Positions 1 to 8,663 of a stretch of 30,752 nucleotides of DNA are shown one piece after another; the first letter of the stretch is position 1, and the number at the start of each line of letters is the position of its first letter. The stretch spans positions 1-30,752 of IMG/VR virus record IMGVR_UViG_3300005805_000309; one strand, given 5' to 3'. This stretch comes from a virus. Lineage: Duplodnaviria > Caudoviricetes. Made by a program: the position numbers and the translations under genes. The notes beneath the pieces are model-generated. The model did not search any database, had not been told where the DNA came from, and saw nothing but the letters and a program-made list of their open reading frames with translations.

Positions 1-22
1 ATAATATAGAATAGTTATAGTA

Positions 23-66
23 CCCCCTTAAAAAACTAAACCCACCCCCTTAAAAAACTAAACCCA
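23..66 (+). repeat. Two tandem perfect 22-bp repeats CCCCCTTAAAAAACTAAACCCA (putative iterons)
   Basis: Copies at 23-44 and 45-66; an identical copy lies at 30699-30720. Confidence 0.85.
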
Positions 67-75
67 CATATACCT

Positions 76-258
76 ATGAATAACAAACTTGAAGAATGGA
101 GAAAAGGTGATGAAGCAAAAATTGCTGCAATCCAACGACTTTTAGAACACGAGCGTTGGTTGAAACAACAACATCAAGAAGTAAAAGATAAGATACTTCA
201 ACGAAAGAAAAATGAAGAAGGGGAAGAACCACCAGTACAGGGATTTCCAAGAGACTAG
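76..258 (+). CDS. Hypothetical protein (60 aa, charged, coiled-coil-like)
   Basis: ATG ORF on the coding strand, 18 nt before the next gene; no recognisable motif. Confidence 0.6.
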   Translation: MNNKLEEWRKGDEAKIAAIQRLLEHERWLKQQHQEVKDKILQRKKNEEGEEPPVQGFPRD

Positions 259-276
259 TTTTTTATATTTAATAGT

Positions 277-540
277 ATGATTGAAGAAAAAATTATCAAA
301 TTATTAGATGGGAAATATGACTATGATACATTAGAATATTTTGACCTTGATTCAACGGAAAGGGATAATGTAGCTAGAATTGTTGCCAATGAGTTTTTTT
401 GGAAAACAAAGATAGATCACTCATACAAGCAGTTCTATTTGGAATATATCGACTTCAGATTGGAGCAACTCATCAAAGAAGAAAAGTATGAATCTGTGGA
501 CTTATACCAAAGGTTAAAAAAACAAATAAATATTTTGTAA
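277..540 (+). CDS. Hypothetical protein (87 aa)
   Basis: ATG ORF preceded by TATATTTAA motif at 264-272. Confidence 0.7.
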   Translation: MIEEKIIKLLDGKYDYDTLEYFDLDSTERDNVARIVANEFFWKTKIDHSYKQFYLEYIDFRLEQLIKEEKYESVDLYQRLKKQINIL

Positions 541-556
541 TTTCTTTCCAAAAATA

Positions 557-587
557 TTGATTTTCATACCATACCACATATACTTAT
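557..587 (+). promoter_or_regulatory. Putative promoter TTG-N19-TATACTTAT
   Basis: TTG at 557-559 and TATACTTAT at 579-587, the same spacing as 29075-29105. Resembles Bacteroidota -33 TTG / -7 TAnnTTTG architecture; also readable as TTGATT-16-TATACT. Confidence 0.55.
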
Positions 588-609
588 TGTAAATAAAAAA
601 AACAAGAAT

Positions 610-861
610 ATGGAAATTACAAACAGAACGGAAAAAAGGATCTACGACCTCCTCGTAGCAGACATCATAAAATCAGATGTGGGATATTCAGTCCTCACAA
701 ATGTTGAAATATCAAAGATATTAGATATTTCCCCTATCACAGCAAGGGATAAAGTAATCAAATTATCAAAACAAGGTCATTTAGTTTCACTAGTCAAACA
801 CTTTGACGAGTACAACAAGTATTTCGCAAGAAAGATACTCAAAGGGAATACACCAGGATAA
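610..861 (+). CDS. Winged helix-turn-helix DNA-binding protein
   Basis: LTNVEISKILDISPITARDKVIKLSKQGHL is a typical wHTH pattern followed by a beta wing. Confidence 0.75.
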   Translation: MEITNRTEKRIYDLLVADIIKSDVGYSVLTNVEISKILDISPITARDKVIKLSKQGHLVSLVKHFDEYNKYFARKILKGNTPG

Positions 862-881
862 ATTGGATAGACACAAAGATT

Positions 882-1379
882 TTGTTAAACGATTGGATAG
901 AACAAAATATCAACGAATTAATAAAGATTTGTAGTAGTATATCAAGACAAAATAATATTGATGACTTATTACAAGTTTGTATAGAACAACTACTCAAAAG
1001 TAAGAGGATTCATCAAGTCCCTGAAACGGAGCGGTTGTTCTTTTTTGCTCGTATAGTTAGAAATAACTTCAACTCGAAAACAAGTAAGTTTCATAAAATA
1101 TACAGAAAGAATAACTTTGTTGAACTAAGTTCAAATATAGATATTCCCCAAGATGAATATGAGGAACCATTATTAACTATCGAATGGGTGTTACAGGAAA
1201 TAGATAAGATTAAACAATATGATTGGTATTTAGGGCAAATATTCCTTCTGTGGTTGTCCAGGGGAGCAAACCTAACTCAACTATCAAAAGCGACAGGAAT
1301 ACCTATAAACAACTTATCAAGAGATATACGACAAGTTAAGAATATCCTTAATAAACAATATAAAGAAAAATTACAATAA
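882..1379 (+). CDS. Sigma-70/ECF-like RNA polymerase sigma factor
   Basis: Region-2-like DDLLQ...FFARIVRN and C-terminal region-4 HTH (NLTQLSKATGIPINNLSRDIRQVK); 165 aa; TTG start uncertain. Confidence 0.65.
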   Translation: MLNDWIEQNINELIKICSSISRQNNIDDLLQVCIEQLLKSKRIHQVPETERLFFFARIVRNNFNSKTSKFHKIYRKNNFVELSSNIDIPQDEYEEPLLTIEWVLQEIDKIKQYDWYLGQIFLLWLSRGANLTQLSKATGIPINNLSRDIRQVKNILNKQYKEKLQ

Positions 1380-1380
1380 T

Positions 1381-1713
1381 ATGTTTTTCGGATGTAATTG
1401 CAAGGGTAATAAACCCACAACCAAAACTAAAATAGTAAATAACGAAACAATAATTCAAGCAGAACCTATGACTTTAGAATCAATGATAGGGGAAGAAAAA
1501 CCCCCATTTACAAGACAAGAAGTAAACAGAGCACTTGACTATCTCGCTGGTCTAACCAATTCTCACGAAGAAAAAATATACCTTTACGAGTTTCATAACA
1601 AATACCACAGAGAAGAATTAAAACCATCTTGCTCTGTATGTTTACCAAGAATACAAAGTAGGATAAATGATATGAAAACCATATTAGACAACTATGACAA
1701 AGCGAACTTATAA
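1381..1713 (+). CDS. Hypothetical phage protein with CxC and CxxC motifs
   Basis: GCNCKG at the N-terminus and SCSVC near the C-terminus; tight packing with neighbours. Confidence 0.7.
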   Translation: MFFGCNCKGNKPTTKTKIVNNETIIQAEPMTLESMIGEEKPPFTRQEVNRALDYLAGLTNSHEEKIYLYEFHNKYHREELKPSCSVCLPRIQSRINDMKTILDNYDKANL

Positions 1714-2146
1714 ACCCACAGGAAAACCATTGGGCAGACCACGACTAACACTCGACGAGTTTCCAAAGGGATGGAAAGAAGAACTGGCAAGGATGGGGTC
1801 TGAGGGTATGTTAGATATTGATGCGAAAGTTTATCTTAATATCTCCAACGAAACCTTCTCAAGATTATTAGAACGAGAACCTGATTTTTTAGAAGCCGTT
1901 TCTATAATGAGGTCATTATCTCATGCTTGGTGGGCAAGATTACCACGAGAAGCATTCGGATCAGGAACATCAAAACAAATGAACTCCCAACTTTATAGTT
2001 TGGTAATGAGAAATAAGTTTAAGGACGAATGGAACAACGCAGAAAATAAAGTTGACATAACAACTCAAGGAGACAAGATTGACTCAAATAAAAAGATAGA
2101 AATTGAAATTGTAAAAAAGATTGTCGATGGCGACCAAAGCAAATAA
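1694..2146 (+). CDS. terS: Terminase small subunit
   Basis: N-terminal GRP motif, HTH (YLNISNETFSRL), C-terminal KVDITTQGDKI tail typical of TerS; lies upstream of terL. Confidence 0.75.
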   Translation: MTKRTYKPTGKPLGRPRLTLDEFPKGWKEELARMGSEGMLDIDAKVYLNISNETFSRLLEREPDFLEAVSIMRSLSHAWWARLPREAFGSGTSKQMNSQLYSLVMRNKFKDEWNNAENKVDITTQGDKIDSNKKIEIEIVKKIVDGDQSK

Positions 2147-2258
2147 AGCAGCAATAGCACGGAAAATTACATTCGGTAAAAGAAGAAATGGGAAACATAA
2201 AAAAACCAACTCCCCCAAAGATAAACCAGTAAGCAAATACAGGGGTCAAGGTCGATGA
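2127..2258 (+). CDS. Small basic phage protein ending in YRGQGR (43 aa; not in ORF track)
   Basis: Translated by hand: MATKANKAAIARKITFGKRRNGKHKKTNSPKDKPVSKYRGQGR*. Fills the terS-MTase gap with an ATGA overlap. Confidence 0.7.
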   Translation: MATKANKAAIARKITFGKRRNGKHKKTNSPKDKPVSKYRGQGR

Positions 2259-3067
2259 TGGAGAATGTAATTTTTAATGAAGATTGTTTGGAAACAATGG
2301 GAAGAATGCCAGACAATTATATTGATTTGGTATTAACATCCCCACCTTATGACGCAATGAGAAAATATGGTGGAGGTAAGAACTATCACCAACGACTTAA
2401 TGAAAAAGGTTATTCTTTTCAATTTAAGGAAATAGCACTTGAACTAATAAGAACCTTAAGACCAGGTGGGGTTATTATGTGGAATGTAGCAGACCAAACC
2501 ATCAAGGGTTCAAGAACAGGTAATTCGATGAGACAAGCTTTATTCTTTATGGATAATGGATTGTTCCTCCACGACCACTTGATTTGGTATAAGACTGGCA
2601 CCCCATTCCCATCACCATATCGATACAGGAATGTATGGGAGAATATGTTTATATTATCCAAAGGGAAACCCACAACATTCAACCCCATTCTAAAAAAGAA
2701 TAAGACCGCAGGTGCTGTCAGAAAATCAAGAAGATATAGAAATCATAACAGTGAGTTTATTGAAGGGTTTAATGGAGTTCCGATTAGGGAGTGGGGACAC
2801 GAAGATAATGTATGGTACATATCCAACGGAGCGAACAAATCATATAAACAATCATTAGACATCAAGGAGCATCCAGCTATTATGGCAGAGGAAATAGCAA
2901 GACGACATATCATAAGTTGGACTAATGAAGGAGACATCGTCTATGACCCATTTTTAGGGAGCGCCACGACCACAAGAATTGCAAGAGATATGAATAGACA
3001 CTGGTTAGGTTCGGAACTCCACACACCCTATTTTGACATAGCAAATAAAATAATGACAAATATATGA
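2255..3067 (+). CDS. Beta-class amino DNA methyltransferase (N6_N4_Mtase family, probably m4C)
   Basis: Motif IV TSPPY near the N-terminus, HPA motif, and motif I DPFLGSATT near the C-terminus. Confidence 0.92.
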   Translation: MMENVIFNEDCLETMGRMPDNYIDLVLTSPPYDAMRKYGGGKNYHQRLNEKGYSFQFKEIALELIRTLRPGGVIMWNVADQTIKGSRTGNSMRQALFFMDNGLFLHDHLIWYKTGTPFPSPYRYRNVWENMFILSKGKPTTFNPILKKNKTAGAVRKSRRYRNHNSEFIEGFNGVPIREWGHEDNVWYISNGANKSYKQSLDIKEHPAIMAEEIARRHIISWTNEGDIVYDPFLGSATTTRIARDMNRHWLGSELHTPYFDIANKIMTNI

Positions 3068-4353
3068 AACAAGAGACACAAATGTTCTGTGGTGATTCTG
3101 CAGAAGAACTATTAAAAATCAAAGATAATTCCGTAGATATGTTATGTAGCGACCCACCATACGGATATTCATTTATGAATAAAGGTTGGGATCAGGTATT
3201 GCCAGATACAGAAATATGGAGACAGAGTTATAGAGTATTGAAACCTGGTGCGTTTATTACAGTTATGGCAGCACCAAGAACGGATGTATTATGGAGAATA
3301 TCGAGAGACCTTGAAGAAGCGGGGTTCGACTTATCATTCACCAATATTGAATGGGTTTATCATTCAGGGTTTCCTAAAGCCACAGACATCAGTAAGAGTA
3401 TTGATAAGAGGGGTGGTAATGGTTCAGTATCAACGAAACAACTTAAACAAATTATTATAGATTATTTTGAGAAGGCAAACATTACAAAGAAAAAGTTAGA
3501 TGATGATTGTGGATTTAAGGCATCATCATATATGAGATTGGAGAGTAGAGAAGATGATGGTTGGGGTGAGGCAATACCCACAAATGAAAAGTGGGATAAG
3601 ATTAAACGAGTATTAAATATTGATACAAATGAATACGATGAACTATTCAAGGCCGCTTTAAGAGAAACTATTGGTAAAGGTTCAAGTGGAATAGGTAAAG
3701 CATTTGGTGAAGATGGTTGGGTTAGTGAGACAACCGAGTTTGATATTACTGAGGCTAAAACTGATTTAGCAAAAAAATACGAAGGAAGCAAGGCAGGGTT
3801 CCAGCCTAAACCAGCAAGAGAAATAATCATAGTTGGAATGAAACCATTTAGTGAGGGGTCGTATGTTGATAAGGTATTAAACTTTGAGGCATTACCAGAT
3901 AATATCAAGATGACTTATCCACTTATACAGACACCCAAACCAAGTAAAAAAGAAAAAGATTTTGGGATAGGAGAAAACATACCCTTAAAACAAAGGGCGT
4001 GGTTGTCTCCTCAAAGTAGAACAACAAGTGAAGATTACACAAAGACATCCGCAGGACACGAAAGATGGCTTACTCAACCAAAAAGAAACTCACATCCAAC
4101 GGTCAAACCAATTAAGTTGATGTCTTATTTGATTACCTTATTTACAAGACCTGGTGACTGGGTTTTAGACCCATTCGGTGGCAGCGGAACAACTGGTTTG
4201 TCTTGTAAGTTATTAGACAGAAACCATATTTACATAGATTTCACACAGGAGTATTTCGACATAGCACAGGAGAGATTACAAGTATCCAAACAAGACCTTA
4301 AAAAGTTATTAAAGGAAAAGATTAGTAATGGGCAACAGGACTTATTTACATAA
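3064..4353 (+). CDS. Beta-class DNA methyltransferase (DPPY, probably m6A) with an inserted HTH-like segment
   Basis: DPPYG, WVYHSGFPK, HPTVKPIKLMSYL and DPFGGSGTT motifs. Confidence 0.92.
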   Translation: MKQETQMFCGDSAEELLKIKDNSVDMLCSDPPYGYSFMNKGWDQVLPDTEIWRQSYRVLKPGAFITVMAAPRTDVLWRISRDLEEAGFDLSFTNIEWVYHSGFPKATDISKSIDKRGGNGSVSTKQLKQIIIDYFEKANITKKKLDDDCGFKASSYMRLESREDDGWGEAIPTNEKWDKIKRVLNIDTNEYDELFKAALRETIGKGSSGIGKAFGEDGWVSETTEFDITEAKTDLAKKYEGSKAGFQPKPAREIIIVGMKPFSEGSYVDKVLNFEALPDNIKMTYPLIQTPKPSKKEKDFGIGENIPLKQRAWLSPQSRTTSEDYTKTSAGHERWLTQPKRNSHPTVKPIKLMSYLITLFTRPGDWVLDPFGGSGTTGLSCKLLDRNHIYIDFTQEYFDIAQERLQVSKQDLKKLLKEKISNGQQDLFT

Positions 4354-4396
4354 CAGAATATTATGGTATATTTATAGGTAGAATAAAATATATCAT

Positions 4397-4885
4397 ATGA
4401 AAAATTATAGAGTTATTGAAGGTTATGAAGATTATATTGTCTATAACGACGGGACAATCTTTTCATTAAAAAGTAAAATCAATATGTCTTTACAAAAAGA
4501 TACTAATGGTAGGTTAATGGTAAAACTTTGTAATGGTAAAGACGACACAAAATTACATAGCATTAGTAGATTAGTTGCGAAACATTTTATCCCCAACCCT
4601 GTAAATAAACCAGAGGTAAATCATATAGATGGAAATGTTGAAAACAATAGAGTTGAAAACTTGGAATGGGTTAATCCAAAAGAGAATATACAACACAAGA
4701 TACATCAGTTAGGTAAAGACCATAGAGGAAGTAAAAATGGTATGGCGAAACTCAAATTAGAACAAGTTGAAAAAGTAAAAGAATTATACAATTCAGGATA
4801 TAAACAAAAAGAAATTGGTAAAATGTTTAATATAAGCCAAGGAAAAATAAGTGATATAATAAATGGAAAATCATATAAAATATAG
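4397..4885 (+). CDS. HNH homing endonuclease (NUMOD4-like N-terminus, HNH_3, C-terminal HTH)
   Basis: RLVAKHFIPNP..KPEVNHIDGN..NNRVENLEWV...EN..H as in I-HmuI-type enzymes; C-terminal QKEIGKMFNISQGKISDII. Confidence 0.9.
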   Translation: MKNYRVIEGYEDYIVYNDGTIFSLKSKINMSLQKDTNGRLMVKLCNGKDDTKLHSISRLVAKHFIPNPVNKPEVNHIDGNVENNRVENLEWVNPKENIQHKIHQLGKDHRGSKNGMAKLKLEQVEKVKELYNSGYKQKEIGKMFNISQGKISDIINGKSYKI

Positions 4886-5264
4886 TAAGGCTGTATCGTG
4901 GTTCAACGATTGTAGGATTCCGTTTGTGGATGATACAGATAAAGGATTAGCCAAACCTCAAGGTAAAATAACAAGTGGTAGTAAAGGTAATATTATGTTT
5001 CAATATACCGAAGATAAAACAAGACATGAATTACCAGATAAACAGAACCCTCAAGGTCGTTTCCCCGCCAATCTATTGGTATCAGATGATATGTTGAATG
5101 ATGGTAGTATAACCAAACAATCACAACGAACATATAAACCGACAGATAATACATCGTCCTTATTTGGTAATAGTCCCCAAGCGCATGGAATAGGTATTGG
5201 AGACAAAGGAACTAATAGTCGTTATTACGACATAGATAAATGGTTTAATAAAATAATAGAATAA
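4863..5264 (+). CDS. Stand-alone central segment of a beta-class methyltransferase (DCRIP / GRFPANL module)
   Basis: SWFNDCRIP, QGRFPANLLVSD and SRYYDIDKW are motifs normally internal to this phage MTase family; no catalytic motifs in this ORF. Confidence 0.7.
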   Translation: MENHIKYSKAVSWFNDCRIPFVDDTDKGLAKPQGKITSGSKGNIMFQYTEDKTRHELPDKQNPQGRFPANLLVSDDMLNDGSITKQSQRTYKPTDNTSSLFGNSPQAHGIGIGDKGTNSRYYDIDKWFNKIIE

Positions 5265-5265
5265 T

Positions 5266-5418
5266 ATGCCAAAATCAAAATTGAGAAAGAACCACAAACA
5301 GAAGGTTCAAGCGTGGAAACAGAAGAATGACAATATAACCAAGTCATTCAATAAAAAATTAAGAGAAGCACTCCAATCAAAAAGAGAGGATGAATCTGTT
5401 AAGATAGAAGTGAAGTAA
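5266..5418 (+). CDS. Small basic hypothetical protein (50 aa; not in ORF track)
   Basis: MPKSKLRKNHKQKVQAWKQKNDNITKSFNKKLREALQSKREDESVKIEVK*; stop overlaps the terL start (TAATG). Confidence 0.65.
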   Translation: MPKSKLRKNHKQKVQAWKQKNDNITKSFNKKLREALQSKREDESVKIEVK

Positions 5419-6557
5419 TGAAGATACAAACCACATCGGTATTTGAAACCCTCCTTAATTCAGATAAGAGGATAAATGTATTTCAAGGTTCATCAAGAGC
5501 ATCAAAGACATACAATATCCTCATATACTTTATCTATAAGTTATTGAATGAGGACAACAAAACATTATCTATTGTGAGAAAAACTTTACCAGCACTCAAG
5601 GGGTCAGTATTACGAGACCTCAAGGAAATACTAATAAAGTTTGACTTATACAATCAGAATGACTGGCATTCTGTGGATGGGTATTATCAGTTGGGGACAA
5701 ATATGATTGAGTGGTTCTCGGTGGATGATGAGACAAAACTACGAGGTAGAAAAAGGGATTACTTATTCGTCAATGAGGCAACAGAGGTTTCCTATGACGA
5801 ATATATACAACTTATGTTAAGAACATCAGACCTTACAGTATTGGACTTAAACCCCTCGTTATGGAAGTCGTGGATTTATGACCTTGAAGGACAACCTGAT
5901 GTTAATTACAATATCACAACTTACAAGGACAATCCATTTTTATCAGAAGTCCAAGTCCAAGAAATCGAGAAGCTACAATACAGAGATACTAACCTTTGGA
6001 GGGTTTTTGGACTAGGTCAGAGAGGACTTCCCACCAAAATGGTATTCTCCCATCAACAGAAATATTCGACCTTACCAGAGGGGTCTAAATTGCTTGGTTT
6101 CGGTATTGACTGGGGATACTCTGACCCCTCCACACTTATACAAGTTCATAAGAACGGGGAGTCAATCTATTGTCAGGAATTATTATACTTGAGGAATGTA
6201 ACCATACCTGACTTTATCTATAAGATTAAGGACTTGGGTATTAACCTCAAAGAGGATTTCATTTGTGATAGTGCAAATCCCCAAGCAATAGAGGAACTAA
6301 GACGACAAGGTATAAACGCAAAACCTGTCAAGAAGAACTCCATATTACACGGGATTGACCTTATCAAAAGAAGTAATTTTTTCATTCACGAATCATCCAC
6401 CAATTTAGAAACTGAGTTATTAAGTTATGTTTGGAAGACAGATAAAAATGGGAATAACTTAGATGAACCAGTGGACGCGTCAAATCATTTAATTGACCCC
6501 CTCAGATATGTATTAGAAATGAAGATGTATAGAAATACGGGGGTATTCGTATATTAA
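5418..6557 (+). CDS. terL: Terminase large subunit (PBSX/SPP1-like Terminase_3)
   Basis: Walker A-like QGSSRASKT, LRGRKRD..FVNEA Walker B, LNP coupling motif, nuclease GIDWG, DSA and NHLIDPLRY. Confidence 0.95.
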   Translation: MKIQTTSVFETLLNSDKRINVFQGSSRASKTYNILIYFIYKLLNEDNKTLSIVRKTLPALKGSVLRDLKEILIKFDLYNQNDWHSVDGYYQLGTNMIEWFSVDDETKLRGRKRDYLFVNEATEVSYDEYIQLMLRTSDLTVLDLNPSLWKSWIYDLEGQPDVNYNITTYKDNPFLSEVQVQEIEKLQYRDTNLWRVFGLGQRGLPTKMVFSHQQKYSTLPEGSKLLGFGIDWGYSDPSTLIQVHKNGESIYCQELLYLRNVTIPDFIYKIKDLGINLKEDFICDSANPQAIEELRRQGINAKPVKKNSILHGIDLIKRSNFFIHESSTNLETELLSYVWKTDKNGNNLDEPVDASNHLIDPLRYVLEMKMYRNTGVFVY

Positions 6558-6589
6558 AACGATTATTAAAAAATTATATTTATAGATAT

Positions 6590-7333
6590 ATGGCAGAAAC
6601 ATACATAGAATACGATAATAAGAAATATGAACTCTCAGAATTGACTATTGAGAAATGGCAAAACATAATGAAGTTCAAGGAAATATTAGGTGAAGAGGAT
6701 TTATATATATGGCTGATTGGTGAAATGACTGGTCTGAAACCTGAAGAGGTTAGGGAGGGGGACGCAAAACAAATCATAGAATGTGGAAAATTGTTGGACT
6801 CGTATCTTAGTCGTCAGGACAAAAAGTTGTATCAAACCATAACATTAGATGGGGTGGAATATGAATTAGTTGATTTTGGAAATATCACATTTGGGCAGTT
6901 CGTTGATATTGATACATTTATTATGAAGGAAGAGAGCTACAAAATAGCAAACCTGAACGAATTAGCCGCATATTTATACACAGAGAAAGGAAAAAAGTAT
7001 GGTGAAACTGATTTTAAGAAAAACATAGAAAAGTTCAAAAACCTCCCCCTTCGTTATGTGGAGGGCGCCGTTTTTTTTTTATGGACTTTAGAAAGGGGAT
7101 TACAAGGTCTTTCGCAAGTTTATTCGGAGAACAGATGGTTAATGAAGGTCGCGAAAGTGATAATAGTTTTTCAAAGTTCTGGGGCTACTATATCTGGATT
7201 TCTCGGCTCTCGGAAGACAAAGTTTGGAAAGTTGCTAGCATTACTAGTCTCCCCCTTATACTATGTCTTAACCATCTGTCGTATATCACTGACTTACATT
7301 CTGAGCAGGAAAAAGCGATTAAAAAACAAATGA
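6590..7333 (+). CDS. Probable tail assembly chaperone (0-frame product)
   Basis: ITFGQFVDID...LAAYLY...GAVFF pattern with a T10 slippery run; precedes the tail genes. Confidence 0.65.
   Translation: MAETYIEYDNKKYELSELTIEKWQNIMKFKEILGEEDLYIWLIGEMTGLKPEEVREGDAKQIIECGKLLDSYLSRQDKKLYQTITLDGVEYELVDFGNITFGQFVDIDTFIMKEESYKIANLNELAAYLYTEKGKKYGETDFKKNIEKFKNLPLRYVEGAVFFLWTLERGLQGLSQVYSENRWLMKVAKVIIVFQSSGATISGFLGSRKTKFGKLLALLVSPLYYVLTICRISLTYILSRKKRLKNK
7070..7080 (+). promoter_or_regulatory. Slippery sequence GTT TTT TTT T for a -1 programmed frameshift
   Basis: T10 at 7071-7080 directly before the -1-frame ORF 7081-7344. Confidence 0.7.
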
Positions 7334-7344
7334 AACAAAAATGA
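7081..7344 (+). CDS. -1 frame extension of the tail chaperone (gpGT-like C-terminus)
   Basis: FSKFWGYY...SLPLILCLNHLSY; begins right after the T-run and its stop overlaps the next start (ATGA 7341-7344). Confidence 0.7.
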   Translation: MDFRKGITRSFASLFGEQMVNEGRESDNSFSKFWGYYIWISRLSEDKVWKVASITSLPLILCLNHLSYITDLHSEQEKAIKKQMKQK

Positions 7345-8657
7345 CGAAAACGATTTACGGTCTCAATCTCAAAAACATAGTTGATGACTTCCAACTTTTA
7401 GCAAATAGACACAAGCAAATCAATTCATTTGGATTTGGGGATTTGGATGAGTTCACCTATCAGGTTGATAGAAGGGATAAAGTCGTCAATCCATCAGACC
7501 AAGCCCCATACTATCCATATCTTTATGTCGTTCCTGCTAATGTTATTCAGGACTTTGGATTTATGACATTTGAGTTTAATTTGATTGTTTCAGATATTAT
7601 GAAACGAGATATGGATAATATGACTGACATATTGTCTGATACATTACAGATTATGAATGATGTCATATCTATGTTCCGTTTGTCTGTAACCGAACAACTT
7701 GGGGACTACAATAAATATTATTATTTGGATGATGCTGTGACTATGGTTCCATTCATAGAACAATATGAGGATTTGTTATGTGGATATTCGGCAACAATTA
7801 GAATCAAGACCAAAACTTACTTGGATAGATGTGTGGCAGCATTTGAGGATTTCCCTATTGAAACCCCTTGTATATCTCCAAGTCCAACCCCATCTATCAC
7901 TCCAAGTAATACTCCTACACAGACGCCTACTCAAACTCAAACACCCACCTCAACCTGTCCTGTAACGACCGAATATCTTGAAGTTGATTTATCAGAAAAT
8001 ACCAAGTTCAAGTTAATACTTTGGAATCAACCAAACTTCACCAGTCCTGCGACAGCAAATTGTAATTACATAATTTCAGGATCAGCGTATGGTTCATTGG
8101 GGACAATATTCACTGGTCAAGAAACCATATTGAGTGGGGAACATCAACATCAATTTGATTTAGCACCTGTTTTACAACCTGGTGAAATAGTTACATCATT
8201 TGATGTCTTGGGATATACCTTGAGTGGATGTCCTTGTCCTGTTGATTTGATACTACCAATTTTACCAACACCGACACCAACAACTACCTCCACTCCAACC
8301 GTAACTCCAACCAATACTCAAACACCAACCACAACTCAAACACCTAGTGCTACAACACCTTTAACATATTCCATTTTGAGTTTATGTACCACTAATGGTG
8401 TGGATGGTTTCCCTTCAACGAATGACATTTGTTCGGGGACTTGTACTCCTGTAACAGTTTATATTTCACAAACAGGAGTAACCACATTCCAACAAGCAGC
8501 AATAACTTACGGATTACCTATCTACACATTACCTGTTTTTATACCAGCAAACTTATATGATGGTAATTCTTTATGGTTTGGAGCAACCGATAAATCTGAA
8601 ATATTCCAAATAGATAATGACGGGGCTATGTCGTTATTTGGAACCTGTCCAACCTGA
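7341..8657 (+). CDS. Tail terminator/completion-like protein with two PT linkers and appended domains
   Basis: N-terminal ~165 aa domain (HKQINSFGFGD, YPYLYVVP, LSDTLQI) followed by TPT repeats and Cys-containing domains. Role is inferred from position. Confidence 0.55.
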   Translation: MTKTIYGLNLKNIVDDFQLLANRHKQINSFGFGDLDEFTYQVDRRDKVVNPSDQAPYYPYLYVVPANVIQDFGFMTFEFNLIVSDIMKRDMDNMTDILSDTLQIMNDVISMFRLSVTEQLGDYNKYYYLDDAVTMVPFIEQYEDLLCGYSATIRIKTKTYLDRCVAAFEDFPIETPCISPSPTPSITPSNTPTQTPTQTQTPTSTCPVTTEYLEVDLSENTKFKLILWNQPNFTSPATANCNYIISGSAYGSLGTIFTGQETILSGEHQHQFDLAPVLQPGEIVTSFDVLGYTLSGCPCPVDLILPILPTPTPTTTSTPTVTPTNTQTPTTTQTPSATTPLTYSILSLCTTNGVDGFPSTNDICSGTCTPVTVYISQTGVTTFQQAAITYGLPIYTLPVFIPANLYDGNSLWFGATDKSEIFQIDNDGAMSLFGTCPT

Positions 8658-8663
8658 TAATCT

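Noticed and set aside
23-66. CRISPR mini-array from the 22-bp repeats
   Set aside because: Copies are directly adjacent without spacers, are non-palindromic, and there are no cas genes.
4354-4890. Group I intron housing the HNH gene
   Set aside because: Only ~43 nt precede the HNH and none follow it, leaving no room for a ribozyme core; the upstream MTase ends with complete motifs and a stop.
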